A stretch of 63,996 nucleotides of DNA, filler included, from Catajapyx aquilonaris (GCA_000934665.2; 3 parts of 3 records of this genome joined end to end with filler, not necessarily neighbours in it), one strand, 5' to 3'; shown: positions 13,450 to 23,695, counted from the whole stretch's first letter. A program made the numbers and translations. Notes: generated by a model from the letters alone, not told the origin.

Positions 13450-14752
13450 ATGGAAGTTATGGTCAAGCCTGATGAAGCAGCGGACAGTGTAGCGACTGAG
13501 GAGACATGGTTAGAGTTGAAGCAAGCCACTTTCGACAATGATTCGACTGTTACTACATGGACACTACAGGAGGTCAAGCAGGAGGAAGAAACTATCTTGC
13601 CCGATGTGGAGGTTATGGACGTTGCCGACGATCCTTCAGTCGCTGGTGCACGCAACTTGCAAAGCCACATGATAGTTCATGAAAAAGACAGGTCATACTA
13701 TTGCGATGTGTGCCGGAAAAGGTTTGCTGTGCAGGCGACGCACATGGAAGAACAGCCATTCCATTGCCAGCACTGCGGTAAAACGCTTAAAGCCGCAGGT
13801 AATGTCATTCAGACATACGTACTGCAGAAAATGTTTAGGCCACTTCTGAGCTCATTTTTATTTAGAGATGAAGTTATGCCGACATGCGATTTTGTCGTAC
13901 ACAATGTGCACCAATTAAAATACTTCATGTATTTCAGACTCCGCCTTGACAGACAGAAATACAGTCAGAGAATCAGAAGAAAGAAGCAAGGAAAAGCGAC
14001 AACGCAGAGAGGTTTCATCATCAAGCGATGAAGATGACAACGACGACAATGAGCTTCCGCCTCCACCTTCCACTTCGTTTACTCATGTACCTGTCTCCGT
14101 TCAAGCTGCATCAAGCTGCAGTTGTGCCCAAATGATTACCCAAATGGCAAAGCAGCAAGAAGGTTGGTAAATTGATATTGTGAGCATCAATGGCTATCAT
14201 TAATTATCAATTACTATTTTGCTTTACACAGAGTTCCATAATATTTTGCTGAGGCAGCAGACGCAATTGATAATCGGTCAAAATAGAATTCAGGATACTC
14301 TGGATTTCATACTCCAGAAAATAGGGGGGAACGACCAAGAAGGATTATGGAATGGAAGCGACAACAGCGTCCTTTGAAACCTTCCTCTTTCAACGGAGGA
14401 AGCGCTGGAGGAACTGGAGGAAAAGCTGGTGGTTGAAGACGCCAGGACCTGTCTCCTGAAATCGTTGCGGACATTAGGAGGATCGAACGTGAAGGAGGTG
14501 GTCAAGACACTAATGAAATTCATGATGAACGACCACCTGGCAGCCACGTTCAGCTGGGAGGGAAGAAAAGGGAAAAGACCATTCGTAAAACTAGGCTTGT
14601 GCAATATTGTCTACGAAGCAGTGCGAGGAAATGTCCGCACCAAGGAAGCCACGAATAAGGAAGTGGAACAGGAAGTGAAAATCTGGCTGCGTCATGCGCC
14701 TGCCAGGTCAGAAAAGAAAAAAGCAGACGCAGGAATTAAGTACGTACAGTAA
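13450..14752 (+). pseudogene. TEETWL module + degenerate zinc fingers + DUF4806 (BEN-like) gene with one in-frame TGA
   Basis: Exons 13450-13798, 13938-14162, 14232-14752 join in frame (phase-1 introns). C-terminus LPLSTEEALEELEEKL...LGGSNVKEVV...FSWEGRKGKRPF...IWLRHAPAR fits the DUF4806 pattern. Single TGA at 14375-14377. Confidence 0.65.
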
Positions 14753-15360
14753 AATAATCAGTCATAAACAATATGCGACAAAAAAAATTGGCTGTCGTCA
14801 GAAAAAGGAAAATTAAAAGTTCGGGACGGAGCGTCTGCTGCGGTGTGGCCATTTCTAAAATATATTTTTAAAAAACACAAGTTTGCGCTTTCAATTCATT
14901 TTTTGATGTTGATATTTTATATGTAAAAATCATTATGTACGTGGAATAAATACATTTTCATTGAAACATCCTTTCAATCTTGTGTACAGTACTTACTGTG
15001 CATATTACTATTGTTGCATATTTTAAATACCTGATATATTTTTTTCTGACATACATTTTCACTACATTGCCTGGTTAACATAATTTTACCTATGAAACTT
15101 TTAAAAAATTTAAATTTAAATTTTTAAATAAAACATTTTGCCAATTAAATTCAAATATTTTTAAATTTAAATTTTAAATAAAACATTTGCCAATGAAATT
15201 AAATTATTTTTAAATATAAATTTTAAATAAAATATTTTGCCAATTAAAATATTGTCCATTTACAAAAATAGCACCTTAACGAGTCGCGAATAACGTTCAA
15301 CATTAACAGTTAGTAAAGTAACGGTTGCGGGAATAGCGCTTAGGCACGTGGCTTTGTGGT

Positions 15361-15396
15361 CAGGCGTCCGAATGCACCTAAAATCCAAGATGGCGT
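15361..15396 (+). promoter_or_regulatory. Conserved cluster promoter element
   Basis: caggcgtccgaatgcacctaaaatccaagatggcgt upstream of a 5'UTR exon ending at 15475 (AAG|GTGAGT). Confidence 0.65.
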
Positions 15397-15687
15397 CGTT
15401 TGCAATCAATTAATGATCTGATGGTTCATAATTAAATTAATTGCGAGCTAATTAAAGGTTGGAATCGGAAACAAGGTGAGTGGACATGTTAAGTGAAATT
15501 GTGTTAAGGAAATTGTGCCAAATTTTGGCGAAGGAAAGGCCAGAAAGGGCCGGTTGTATGCGATGAAGTATTGGAGCTAGAAAAATATTTGGCAATTTTG
15601 GAATTATTTTGATGTAAAACTGTGGGTCATGGCAACTTGTTGATGCAAATGTGAGCATGCAGACTGATAATATGCATTTTCAGAGCA

Positions 15688-16715
15688 ATGGAAGGGAAAG
15701 TCAAGACTGAGGTGGAGGAAGCAGCAGACAGTGTTGATACAGCAGAGGAGACGTGGTTGCTCCAAGTGAAGCAGGAGGCCACTTTGTACATGGACAATAA
15801 GTCTACCAGTGTTACGGAAGCCAAACATGACGTCAAGGAGGAGGAGGAAGAAATGGTCTTGCCCAAGAAGCTGCAGTCAGTTGACAATGCCAATGATCCT
15901 TTACGTCCTGGTACATGCAACGTTCAGAGACATAACGATTGCGGGTAAGTATTAGGTACGCAGTAACTGAATTTGTAGTAAACCGTGCGCCACTTGCAGA
16001 TGCCGCCGGAACTGTCTCGCTGACGTACCCACGTACAAACAGAAAGCTATCCTCAGAAAGTTCAAGCAGCTGCAAAAGAGAGGGAAAGTTGCCCAGGACA
16101 TCTACCTTCAACGCTGCATCACTCCAACACCAATACTACGCCGTCGCAAGCGTGACACTGGTGACAGTCAACTAAAACGCTCCCCAAGGACTGCTACGTA
16201 CATCTACACTGTCCCGCTTGGTACGTATTAATTACTTCAATACTTGTTGATATGTGATGAGTGTACCCAAAACAGGTGCGACAGTACGTGTCGTGTGTTT
16301 GAAGGCGTTTTGCTCCCTCCACGATGTGCGTCTTGGACGGATGAGGAGGCTGGCTCTTCTAGCGAGCAGGAAGCAGGTGCCGGAAGAGCTGCGCGGGAAG
16401 CATGGAAATAACCCTCGACAGACGGACCCTGCAAAACTCCAGCTGATCACAGACCACATCAGGTCTCTTCCTTTCAATCCGCACAAGGACAACAAAACCA
16501 AGAGACACCTGACTACAGTCCGAAGTGTCAAACAGATGTACGAGTTGTTCCTACAGAAGTACGACATCAAGGCTTATAATAAATGGAAGGTGTCGGGAAT
16601 TCCCATTGACAAGGCCCGTGGATTGGTCACTTACAGAATTTATTTGCATCAATTTCACAACACCTGCAGCAACTATACTTTTGGGAAGACCAGTGCGGAA
16701 CTTGTGACGAGTTGA
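15688..16715 (+). CDS. 305-aa fusion protein: EETWL acidic module + transposase-derived (Sola-like) Cys-rich/DNA-binding region, no catalytic domain
   Basis: Exons 15688-15944, 16000-16220, 16276-16715 (two 55-nt GT-AG introns) total 918 nt with an open frame. Motifs CGCRRNC, QDIYL, VCLKAFCSLH, LRGKHGN, HIRSLP, SVKQMYELF, YRIY..F...NYTF. Confidence 0.75.
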
Positions 16716-17045
16716 AGTCCTCTTTGGAATATACAGTGCATAATGTGCAAGCCGATCTTTTCCCTGGAACTATTGCATGTGTTGATTATTTTTTTTACAT
16801 TACTACATTATTATAATTATAATATCAAAGAGAGAATTGCATATATATAAATAATAAAACTTGTCTCTCGTAATACATTTCCTTCATAGCATTTCCTCAA
16901 ATGGCCCCAAATATCTTTAATTTTGAAAGAAATTACAGGACTTTTTCTTGCAACTGAGAAGGTTCAGATGTCGCGCAAAAGTCTTCGCACAACAATGTAG
17001 TACATAGGAATGGTCTGCTATCACAATGTAAAACAAAGTGACAGT

Positions 17046-18473
17046 TTAATCCTGAGCTAGTTGTTTCTCATTTGCTGGATTTGAGTGGCTTCTTCTCGCA
17101 TGACGGTAAAGGGCATGTCGCGACTTCAAGCATTTCCCACACTCTCCACAAACATGAGATTCATCTTCCATGTGTAGCAACTTGTGCTCCTTCAAATTAC
17201 CCACCCAACGAAAAGCCTTACCACACACGTCACATTCAAAGGGCCTTTCCCCAGTGTGAATAGTGCCATGGGTTAACAAATTACCCTTCGTAGCGAATGC
17301 CTTTCCACAGACAGTGCAACTGAAACTTCTCTCTCGGAGTTCCTTTTCATGCCTCTGCAAGTGAAGCTTGAGGTATTCCTCTCTCTTGAAAGTGGAGGGG
17401 CAGAATTTGCATTTTAATAATTGCGTCTGCTCAGCATGCTTCAATATCTTGTGACGTTCCAAGGTCCTCATAGACTTGAATCTACTGTTGCAAACATCGC
17501 AAGCAATGAGTTTCTCTTTCACATGTACACTTGCATGCCTCTTCAACCCAAAGTCAGATATAAATGCCTTGTCGCACACTCCGCAAACATGAATTCGCTG
17601 GTGCAGTATCCCATGTGCCAAAAATGTTTTTAATTTGCTGTAGGACTTGTTGCAAACGTGACACACAAGTTCACCACCAGCGTCATGGGAGGAAGCGTGA
17701 AGCTGCAGCCTGTGCTCTGAGAAGAAGGACTCGTCGCATCTGGTGCACTTGTGGGGCTTCTCTCCCGAATGGGATTCCTTGTGGCGGCTCAGAGCTTCAA
17801 AAGTCTTGCAAGTCTTGCCACACACATCACATGGGAAAGTATTACGCTCAGTGTGGGTATTTGCCTAAAAAATATTCATTATAAGATTTTTTGTTTAAAG
17901 ACAACTTTTCACCATAGCTACTTTCAGTGACATGCGACCCACCTTTCCCTTCTCCAGACTATCATCTGAATGGCTCTTCTTTTCCACCCTGAAGCTCTTT
18001 AGAATATCCGTTGTGCAGGGACCTTGGACTGCTTCTGGCTCTGGCTTGACATTGACCGTCAAGATCAAACCACTGTCCGCCGCCGCATTTTCACCCGCAT
18101 CCTCTGCCTCCTCTTCGTTTGCCACTGACGGCTGAAATTAATCGCATGGACAAGTTAACCACCAGGACCACAATGAGCAGTCCTCTGATATCATGGATAT
18201 GATCTGATTCCACATCATGCCCAGTCGTATACTATACAGGCTCCTTCATGATTAACCAATGGAGATAATCCACATGCTTACCACACTGCCGTCCTCTTCC
18301 TTCACTTCCGTACTGTTAGCGCCTGAAGCATATCTTTCAAAGAAGCCAGTGTCCTCCTCCTCCAGGCAGGAAGGCGTCTCCTCCTTGATCCGCAGGTGCC
18401 AAGTCTCCTCCGTCGTCATCTCCTCGTCCTCATCCTCCGCTTCCTTCTTGATGGTCATCGGCAGAGACGACAT
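17046..18473 (-). CDS. C2H2 zinc-finger protein ZF8 (399 aa; 9 fingers, lacks the first and last two)
   Basis: Exons 18282-18473, 17943-18131, 17046-17864 with phase-0 introns and open frame. Its own upstream region is replaced by the truncated ZF9 copy. Confidence 0.8.
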
Positions 18474-18562
18474 GGTCCTGGCTGCGGTTAAAGATCAATC
18501 ATTTTCGTTCACTTGCAACAGATGCGGGGGCATAAAGTTATGGCCAACATTTACTACGGTAC

Positions 18563-19399
18563 CCAGCCTGAGCTCTGAGAAGAAGGACTTGTCGCATCTG
18601 GGGCACTTGTGGGGCTTCTCACCTGGATGGGCTTCCTTGTGGGTGGTCAGAGTTCCCAAAGTCTTGCATATCTTGCCACAAAGGTCACACGGGAAAGCAT
18701 TTTGTTCAGTGTGGGCACGTCTGTGGGCCTTGAATTCCTTTTCCTGGTGGAATCCCTTTCCACAGACCAGGCAAGGGAAAGGAGTCTGTGCCTACAAAAA
18801 AATAGAGGTATAAAATATTTAACAAGGACATTTTGCTTTGAATGCTATGTGACCCACCTTTTCTTTATCAGAACTCCCATCTGAATGGTCCTGCTTTTCC
18901 ATCCTGAAACTCTTCAGAATTTCTGTTGCGCAAGGACCTCGGACTGCTTCTGGCTCTGGCTTGACCCTGACAGTCGAGATCAAACCACTGTCCGCAGCCG
19001 CATTTCCACCCGCACACACTGGCTCCTCTTTGTCGTCCACTGACGGCTGAAATTGAACGCGTTGATGGGTTAATCAGCAGGACCACAATCCTACTAGTAC
19101 AACTGCTATATGATCTGACTCCCACCATGCTCCTCTCGTCTACCTTAGAGGCTCCTTCATGATTAACTAATGGAGTTAATCCACATGCTCACCTCTCCCT
19201 CACTGCCGCCTTCGTCTTCCATTTTCACATGGTCATCAACGCCTGAAACGTATTCCTCGATGAAGCCAGGCGTCTCCTCCTCCTGGTCAGGCGTCTCCTC
19301 CTTGATCCTCAGGAGCCAAGTCTCCTCCGTCGTCATCTCCTCCGTCGTCATCTCCTCCTCGTCCTCCGCTTCCTTCTTGATGGTCTGGGTCAGCGACAT
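18563..19399 (-). pseudogene. 3'-truncated zinc-finger copy ZF9 (or 5' part of a ZF9-ZF8 read-through gene)
   Basis: Exons 19193-19399 (EEMTT duplicated), 18858-19046 and exon 3 from 18791, which breaks inside finger 3 at about 18564. Confidence 0.75.
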
Positions 19400-19528
19400 G
19401 GCCTTCTTCAGGGGTGTCCCACTCGCCTTCGCAAACCACCCACCTTCCAAACCTCGCCAAAAACAGTGCGAATCAGAGGGAATTCGCAAACGAAAAGAGA
19501 GAAGCGAAGGAGAATTATTCTTCAGAGG

Positions 19529-19571
19529 GACGCCATCTTGGATTTTGGGAAAGGGTGCATTCGGACGCCTG
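19529..19571 (-). promoter_or_regulatory. Conserved cluster promoter element upstream of ZF9
   Basis: gacgccatcttggatttt...gggtgcattcggacgcctg, same as 12699-12740. Confidence 0.65.
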
Positions 19572-19910
19572 GAAAAGGAAGAACAGACAGCGGGAGGTGC
19601 ATATGCGCTATTTAAGTATAACTGCTACCAACATCACGGCTACTCGCCGCTTTGACAAAATATAATGGAAACTATTGCAATGTGATGGACATACATTGTT
19701 TACCATATTGTATCAGAATATAATTAATTAGGCATTCAGAATAATTAACTAATCGAATAATTATTTCCGATATTATCGGAAATAATTATTTGACTGTTAC
19801 GAAATGTTATTTGCACTGGTCGCATTATACAATCATGTAATAGTCACGTTAACTTTTATGTAACTATATACAGCAGACTCCGAATATAACAGACTTCAAT
19901 GGACTATAGC

Positions 19911-20127
19911 CCAACGAAAAGCCTTCCCACACACGTCACATTCAAAGGGCCTTTCCCCAGTGTGAATAGTGCCATGGGTTAACAAATTACCCTTCGTAGC
20001 GAATGCCTTTCCGCACACAGTGCATCTGAAACTTCTCTCTCGGAGTTCCTTTTCATGCCTCTGCAAGTGATGAAGCTTGAGGTATTCCTCTCTCTTGAAA
20101 GTGGAGGGGCAGAATTTTCATTTTAAT
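19911..20127 (-). pseudogene. Orphan zinc-finger exon fragment
   Basis: Near-identical to 17204-17419 (fingers 7-9 region of ZF8) with a 3-nt insertion and no flanking exons. Confidence 0.8.
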
Positions 20128-20819
20128 GATTAGTCCGGACGTTAAGGGACGAATAAAGAGTCAACCGTGCATTTGGTGAAAAAAGCATGAAATTTGGTAC
20201 AAATGTCCCTGAGACCATCTATAATATTAAAATGCTTGCGGACGGCCGCCGAGCCCTCTGATTGGTCCGCCCCCGTATTGTCGCCGCCACCTCTTCCCAT
20301 TGGCCCTCCGTCCATTGTTGCTGCGTCGTATCCATGACGCACTGTTACCACGACGCCTCCGATTGGCCCCCGTTCCGAGCATGCGCAATGGGTGGGAGAA
20401 CGCCTCAGTCGCTTGCTGGACGTCAACGAGGACGCATCATTCTCCTCTCCCGCGAAGACCCCTCTGCCCCTTTCCACCTACCCTTCTCTACGCACGTCTT
20501 ATTCACGGTGACCTCACAATAACAGAGGAGGGGGGAAATAATGGAAGCCGTAAACAAGCCGAACACTGGACTACCACGGTCGATCGTTGTTTTAATATCA
20601 GTGCAGTGGTGCCAAACTGCCAACTCCCTGGACGTTTGTGAAGCAAAATATAATTTCAGTTTTTTAACCTTTTGACGACGGAGTTTCTGAGCCATTGCCT
20701 TACCCCAGGGCCTGAGTTCTAGGCCGCCGCCGTCATCGTCACGCCGGACCTTTTTCCCTTCCCCACCTACACCATACCTGTCCCCCCTTCGCCGCGGGTC
20801 ACTGGTGGTTATTGAAAAA

Positions 20820-21034
20820 ATGGCCGTAGGCACTGGTGGAGACGGGTGGAGAATAATATGTAAGTTCGAAATTCGAAATTTACCATTGCTGATCGGGCTG
20901 CTTAGGAACTGCGTGCGTAGGCCTACCCATGCGCGGTGCTTTCACAGATGGGAAGTACAATACACTGTCTTCGAGGCACTTCTTTCAGTGTATGGTGTCG
21001 GAAACTGACTACCGTCGAAGGCGTAGAATCGAAC
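20820..21034 (+). CDS. Candidate first two coding exons of an unidentified gene running into the gap
   Basis: ATG 20820; exons 20820-20859 and 20948-21034 both end in GTAAGT and join in frame (MAVGTGGDGWRIIYGKYNTLSSRHFFQCMVSETDYRRRRRIE). CpG-rich context. Confidence 0.3.
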
Positions 21035-21471
21035 GTAAGTAGCCGGGTTGCAAATCTCACGCGTTCGAATTATTAGCCTGGAGCGTACTATATTGTTGGA
21101 TTTCCAGACAGCCAACTGGCAGGTTGTTTATTTATACAGTCAGTGAGGGTCATTGAGTTGGCACAACTGGCAACCAACAATAGAATCCAATTACACTGTA
21201 CTCCCGATTATCAGGGTGCGGATAATACGTGCATCGCCATAATATAAACATTTACGTCCGAAAAAAATGTCTCGAATTTTTGTCCCACTGCTAGATAGTG
21301 CATACTGATAACTCAACAGTGGTACGGAAATTCCACCCAATATCAATATCAATGTCTCACCAACGAAAAAAATATATGCCATACTTTCTCTAAAAGGCAA
21401 AGTAAAAAAATAATATATGGTAAGTTTTATTTTTTGGATTAACCAAGCAAGCAGCATGCTCTTTGTACAGT

Positions 21472-21571
21472 NNNNNNNNNNNNNNNNNNNNNNNNNNNNN
21501 NNNNNNNNNNNNNNNTTAATTAATTAANNNNNNNNNNNNNNNNNNNNNNNNNNNNNNNNNNNNNNNNNNNN
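21472..21571. other. Assembly gap (N-run with TTAATTAATTAA linker)
   Basis: 100-bp N block with a central six-frame stop linker. Confidence 0.97.
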
Positions 21572-21630
21572 ATGGTACAGTAATATCAAATGAGCAAAGA
21601 GATATTAGTCTGGGATAATAAGTTCCTTAA

Positions 21631-22900
21631 CCCTAATAAGACGGGAGTATCATATGCTGATACGGTGGCTTTAAGAAATTCTGCTATGTAACGTGGTTTC
21701 TGTGTGGCTTTTGAAATTTTCTCTCGCGAATTTTGGACTACAAAATCTTGCCTAAATAAACCAGATTAACTTGAATGATATGGCTTTGCGGCCGATGGAA
21801 AAGATATATATATATATTTTAAACGTTACCCCGTGATAAGGCGGAGCCTTTTTAGGGGGGTGGCACACCACCATCAGTTTTTGAGTAACTGTGTACTATT
21901 TTTCTTCATGAAAAAGAAACTTCAAAAAAAGAAAACAAATCTGACCTTGGCCGGCAAATTTTTGCCATGCATAGTTGCCCCCAAACTTCCTCAAGAGATT
22001 CCACCCTAAAATTAGTGCAAAAGATAATTAAATAGTTTTAAAATAAATAAATAATGTTCGGGGAGGTGTGGTGGCCAAGCTGGTAACGGCTCGGCTTGCT
22101 GATCGAAAGGTCCCGGGTTCGATCCCCGCCTGGGATTTCCCTTTCGGCTGCGTCAGAAGGGTCTCTGACCCACACCTTGGAGGTGCCTGGCAACCTAACC
22201 TCCTGGGGGACTGCACATGGCCCAGTTTGAGACATTGCACTTGCACCCGTGTCCCCTCCCCAAAAATCCCTATCCTTACCCAATTTCCCTGATTTCCCTG
22301 CACTGGAGTTTGAGGATAAAACCAAGAAAATGGAAAATATGGTAGTGTTCCACCCCCCTAATAGTGTGTTGACAATGGGGTAAGTTAATTTTAAAAAATA
22401 AAAAAAGTTTGTAAATGCCAATTTAGCGGCTGGCAACTGAGCAACTCCCGGCCGGCCTCCCGTCAGGATGGAGGGGCACATGCCCCGCGGAGTTTTTGAA
22501 CAGGTGTGTAGTGAGGGAGGTTTCCACTCGGGAGGGGGTGTATGTTTATTGCTGCAGCTCGCATGCCGGTCCTGTGACATATTTCATGCCATGTGCTGAT
22601 GTACTGCTTTGTTCAGCAGTGTCAAGGCTACATACCCATATACTTTTTGTCAAGCAGGCGGAGTGACAAAAAATTGGAGTAGGCACGAAACATACCCTCT
22701 GCGCTACCTTGTTGCGCTTTTAAGAATTTACATCTCCGTATGATATGAGAGGAGGGTCACATAGATGGGCTCAGGATGAAGCCTGGACACTAGACGATCT
22801 TATTCACTAGTGTATTCACGTCTCATCCTTCAAGTGACAAAGCAAGCAAATTTTTTGCAGATCCTTGCCAAAACGCGAAAAACCACCCATCTTATTAGGG
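21631..22900. mobile_element. Non-autonomous piggyBac-like element (contains SINE insertions)
   Basis: TTAA on both sides; TIR ccctaataaga(c/t)ggg. Confidence 0.75.
22060..22383 (+). mobile_element. tRNA-derived SINE, head type A
   Basis: A box tggccaagctgg and B box ggttcgatccc; copies at 30648, 55515, 61257. Confidence 0.8.
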
Positions 22901-22973
22901 TTAATGTATGGAAAGAAGTTGCCCATGATTTCAGGGTGATTAATTTATTTTTATAAATTTGTTTATTTTTTAG

Positions 22974-23368
22974 ATGTACCCCGTGCTAGGGCCGTAGGCC
23001 CTCTTAGGGGAGTGGATTACCACTATCGGTGCAGGGGACAGGGTAGGGATAGGGAGGGGGGGGACACTGGTGCATGTGCAATGTCTCAAGTTGGGGGTCG
23101 TGTGCAGTCCCTCAGAGGGCCCGTTCACCAAGATGACCCCCTAGATGCGACCCCCTAGAAAAGTCCCCACTGACACCGCACCTCCTCCAGGGCAGGGAAA
23201 GGAAGCGGCTGTGGCCTATTTTATGGTATGATCCCGGAATATTTTCTGGGGCGACCTTGGGAAACCATAGAAAACCAAGGTCAGGATCGCCGGCCTCCGG
23301 GATTCGAACCCAGGACCTGCCGATTAGCAGTCGGACACCATATCCACTCCACCACTACTACTTTGGTG
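22974..23368 (-). mobile_element. tRNA-derived SINE, head type B with long body
   Basis: B box plus ggttttctatggtttccc..ggccacagccgcttcc core; homologous to 49196, 55796, 57430. Confidence 0.75.
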
Positions 23369-23449
23369 TGATTAATTGATTAAAGATTAACTTAAATCAA
23401 TTATCTCCAAAAGTAATTGAGAGTTACTATGAGGGTAGCATGCGGATCA

Positions 23450-23660
23450 CTTTAGTTATAGGAAATTTCACTCAAAACTTATTTTTGGGCAGCTTGTTGT
23501 ACCCCATTCCGGGTGCTCTATTAAATAGCAACTACTACATTTGACCACCTAGGAACAATATATTGGGCACGTGGATAGTGGCACAACAAGCTACACAAAA
23601 TGAATACTTTGGGCTATATTAGGGATAACTTAAAATGGCCCTGATACTTGGAACACCCTG
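23450..23660. mobile_element. Tc1/mariner MITE fragment (cagggtgttccaag family)
   Basis: Ends cttggaacaccctg|ta; homologous to 45787-47786 and 42959-43040. Confidence 0.55.
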
Positions 23661-23695
23661 TACATGCAGTAAAGGCACATTACTATAGATACTGA

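Noticed and set aside
14375..14377. Selenocysteine interpretation of the in-frame TGA
   Set aside because: No redox motif context and no convincing SECIS seen; a point nonsense change is simpler.
15090..15250. AT-rich ~60-bp imperfect triplication (aaataaaacattttgccaat)
   Set aside because: Low-complexity local duplication with no evident function.
1938..19655. Many antisense ORFs over the ZF exons
   Set aside because: Shadow frames of zinc-finger and acidic codons, repeated only because the genes are paralogous.
21516..21527. TTAATTAATTAA inside the N-runs (also 43086-43097)
   Set aside because: Artificial contig linker, not biological.
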